Positions 61,270-64,000 of a DNA stretch of 64,000 nt are shown piece by piece. A program made the translations under genes and the position numbers. The DNA comes from Octopus sinensis. Its lineage: Eukaryota. The notes beneath the pieces were generated by a model. That model was not told the origin of the DNA and made no database searches. It saw only the letters and a program-made list of their open reading frames with translations. How positions within the stretch are numbered: position 1 is the first letter of the stretch; each line of letters begins with the position of its first letter. The DNA lies in assembly GCF_006345805.1 (NCBI RefSeq), contig NC_043010.1, positions 17,050,001 to 17,114,000 of the forward strand, in the 5' to 3' direction.

Positions 61270-62364
61270 GACAGTGGCTCATGGGTGGATGTTGTCTACC
61301 TTGACTTTGCTAAGGCTTTCAACTCTGTGCCACACAAAAGGCTTATGGTGAAACTCTCTGCAATGGGTGTGGGGGATGACCTTTTTAACTGGTTGAAATC
61401 CTTCATCCTCAGCCGAAAGGAGGTAGTCACAGTTCTAGGACAGCACTCTATACCATATGAGATGTCATCGGGTGTACCACAGGGATCTGTCCTTGGTCCC
61501 CTCCTGTTTGTGGCATACATTAATGACATAGATGCCAATTTAAAGAATGCCACAGTATTGAAATATGCAGACGACATCAAGCTGTACCTTGAAATCAAGA
61601 GGACAGATCCTGATGTCTACAACTCTTTCCTGCAATCAGACCTAGACACAATGCAGCAATGGATCACAGACTGGCAACTGAAACTGGCTGTGGACAAGTG
61701 TACCACCATGCATTTTGGGAGAAAAAACCCTGCGTCCACATACTCCCTCCACAACACTGATATCAAGAAATCCTCTTGCGAGCGTGACCTAGGCATCACT
61801 GTCAGCAGTGATTTGCGTTGGACAAAGCATATCTCTAAAATTGTCAAGAAGGCCGAGGGTGTCTTGGCATCACTCAGCAAGACTTTTGTTAGCCGCTCTC
61901 CAGCCATCTATTTAAAACTGTATACAGCTATGGTACGACCACACTTGGAATTCGCATCATCAGTTTGGAATCCCTATCTTGCTCAGAACATTGACCTCCT
62001 GGAATCTGTCCAGAGACGTGCAACCAAACGCATACCCTCCATCAGACACCTACCATATTCTGAGCGCCTTGTTTCCCTGGGCATGGATTCACTGAAGCTC
62101 CGGCGTCTAGCGACGGACTTGGTAAACACCCACAAGGTTATCAACCACCTCACCAACAACAACACTGAACACCTTTTTGATCTCCATGTGTCTAACACAC
62201 GTGGACATGCCTACAAAGTCAGAAAACAGCACAGCTCCCATGACTTTCGGAAACATTTTTTCACGCTCAGGGTTGCTGAAGCGTGGAATAAACTGCCTGC
62301 ATCAGTTGTTGACTGCCATGACACTGCATCCTTTAAGGCCCTCATGCTTCCCGAAATCCGTTGA
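61270..62364 (+). CDS. CR1 ORF2 reverse transcriptase C-terminal part (uninterrupted, no own start codon)
   Basis: DSG..VDVVYLDFAKAF.SVPH, SGVPQGSVLGPLLF..YINDI, YADDIKLY, ERDLGI, VRPHLE....W.PY, LESVQRRATK, TRGH, FF..RV...WN.LP. Confidence 0.85.
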   Translation, partial: DSGSWVDVVYLDFAKAFNSVPHKRLMVKLSAMGVGDDLFNWLKSFILSRKEVVTVLGQHSIPYEMSSGVPQGSVLGPLLFVAYINDIDANLKNATVLKYADDIKLYLEIKRTDPDVYNSFLQSDLDTMQQWITDWQLKLAVDKCTTMHFGRKNPASTYSLHNTDIKKSSCERDLGITVSSDLRWTKHISKIVKKAEGVLASLSKTFVSRSPAIYLKLYTAMVRPHLEFASSVWNPYLAQNIDLLESVQRRATKRIPSIRHLPYSERLVSLGMDSLKLRRLATDLVNTHKVINHLTNNNTEHLFDLHVSNTRGHAYKVRKQHSSHDFRKHFFTLRVAEAWNKLPASVVDCHDTASFKALMLPEIR

Positions 62365-62425
62365 AACTACACCTGATTATATATACACTTTAGATGAGTT
62401 GTAGTGCACCTGAGCACTGTACACA

Positions 62426-62471
<46 letters not shown>

Positions 62472-62489
62472 TATTATTATTATAAAGTA
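61271..62489 (+). mobile_element. 5'-truncated CR1-clade LINE with (ATT)n tail
   Basis: RT ORF, short 3' UTR and (ATT)n tail at 62427-62483; flanked by 35/36-bp imperfect direct repeats. Confidence 0.92.
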
Positions 62490-62886
62490 GGGGACCAGTT
62501 AGAGAAGAAATAAAATCGAAAACTGCTGAAGTAGAATTAGTCTTAAGCAAAAAAAATCTACGGAGAATTCTTATTTCCGAAAATGAGTAACGCTGGATCT
62601 GTTCACGTCAGAAGTTGAATGCAACGGAAGTGAAAGCAACGAAGGAGATAAAAAGAAGAGTAATGTTGATAGGAGTGGGCTGATGGTGGGGAGGGTTAGC
62701 AGTGGTGATGATGGTGGTGGAGGTGTTAGCATTACCAAAATTGGTATTGGAATCATACTGAAGTGCTTGTGGAGGGAGGAGTCATGTTGATGGCGTCGAT
62801 CTTTGAGGCGATTGAAGTAGTATCATAATATTATTGTGCACTATGTACAAGTTTTAGTTTAATCACGGCTAACATTCCTCCCACTT

Positions 62887-62939
<53 letters not shown>

Positions 62940-63459
62940 TCCTCCTCCTCTTCCTCCTTCAGTTTAATACATCCATCTTGAAAATGCAATAAAATATTGC
63001 CGAGGAGATCGGATATTCAGGCGAGGTGTAAAAGGAAACTCGTGTTTCCAATGTCGACAACTTCTCACGTACGTTCGCCTGAAAATAGATGCGCGTCGAT
63101 CGATCGAAAAATGAGACAGACGAGAAGGGTGGCCATGTCTAAATGGAAACGAGGCAGCATTCCAGCATGGAACCATTTCTATCACTCTGTCCATAGTCAC
63201 GCGCGCACGACATACACACACACATGCACACACACACGCACACACACGCACACACGCACACACGCACATACACACACACACGCACACACACACACACGCA
63301 CACCACACACACACACACAGACGCACACACACACACACGCACACACACGCACACACACGTGCACACACGCACACACACAACCGCACACACACGTGCACAC
63401 ATATAAAAACTGGCACTCCGTCGATTGCGACGACGAGGGTTCCAGTTGATTGGAAAGCG

Positions 63460-63690
63460 CAGAACGGTCAGCTCATGAAATTACTGTGCAAGTGGCTGAG
63501 TACTCCACAGACACGTGCACCCTTAGTGTAGTTCTCTGAGAGATCCCAGTATGACACAGAATGTGACAAGGCTGGCCCCTTCTGAATTACAGGTACAACT
63601 CATTTTTACCAGCTGAGTGGACTAGAGCAATGTGAAATAAAATGTCTTTCTCAAGGACATAACGCGCCGCTGGGAATTGAACTCGGAATA
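63460..63690 (-). mobile_element. tRNA-derived SINE, further family (5' truncated)
   Basis: Reverse complement: gagttcaattcccagcggcgcgttatgtccttgagaaagacattttatttcacattgctctagtccactcagctggtaaaaatgagttgtacc (B box plus CORE-like domain). Confidence 0.65.
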
Positions 63691-63728
63691 CATACATACA
63701 TATTCATATTTACATACACACATACATA

Positions 63729-63789
<61 letters not shown>

Positions 63790-63797
<8 letters not shown>

Positions 63798-64000
63798 ATC
63801 ATGTGACCGACTAGACTGTCAGTTGTTGCTACACATCGCTGGTCACAATGCGCTTCGCATTGTTTTAGCCTTCAGATGACGCCAACAGAAGAAGAGCGAG
63901 AGAAAGTTGTGACGAAAGAGTACAGCAGGGATCACCACCATCCCCTGCCGGAGCCTCGTGGAGCTTTAGGTGTTTTCGCTCAATAAACACTCACAACGCC
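63790..64000 (-). mobile_element. SINE family C, runs off the window end
   Basis: Reverse complement colinear with 8005-8242. Confidence 0.9.

Noticed and set aside
2981-64000. tRNA genes at SINE heads
   Set aside because: A/B-box-like motifs are present, but no complete cloverleaf forms and each continues into a SINE body.

Overview
Repeat-saturated, AT-rich animal DNA in which I cannot support any host protein-coding gene. It is most likely an octopus or other coleoid intergenic or intronic region. That is an inference from the extreme (TA)/(CA)/(TAA)/(GATA) microsatellite load, TTAGGG-type tracts and tRNA-derived SINE families resembling those I know from Octopus genomes; no database search was run. 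Almost all ORFs in the supplied track are microsatellite artefacts. The real coding remnants are all from transposable elements: two Helitron RepHel helicases (one still open for about 433 codons), a 5'-truncated CR1 RT, four R4/Dong-type fragments next to (TAA)n, four Penelope-like (PLE) RT or GIY-YIG relics, and small L1/Tx1 and RTE relics. Non-coding mobile DNA includes about 20 SINEs, hAT and Tc1-like MITEs, non-autonomous Helitrons and six copies of a GGATC-ended, 8-bp-TSD MITE with internal TTAGGG repeats. The most interesting signal is a set of type I hammerhead ribozyme motifs, folded by hand: two fully canonical (7585-7647 +, 33589-33677 -), one with a single core mutation (37191-37283 +) and several degenerate. 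Most sit in short, non-coding, divergent fold-back elements whose 3' ends run into microsatellites, which look like PLE pseudo-LTR (pLTR) derivatives. All structures and alignments were done by eye, and boundaries without a TSD are approximate.
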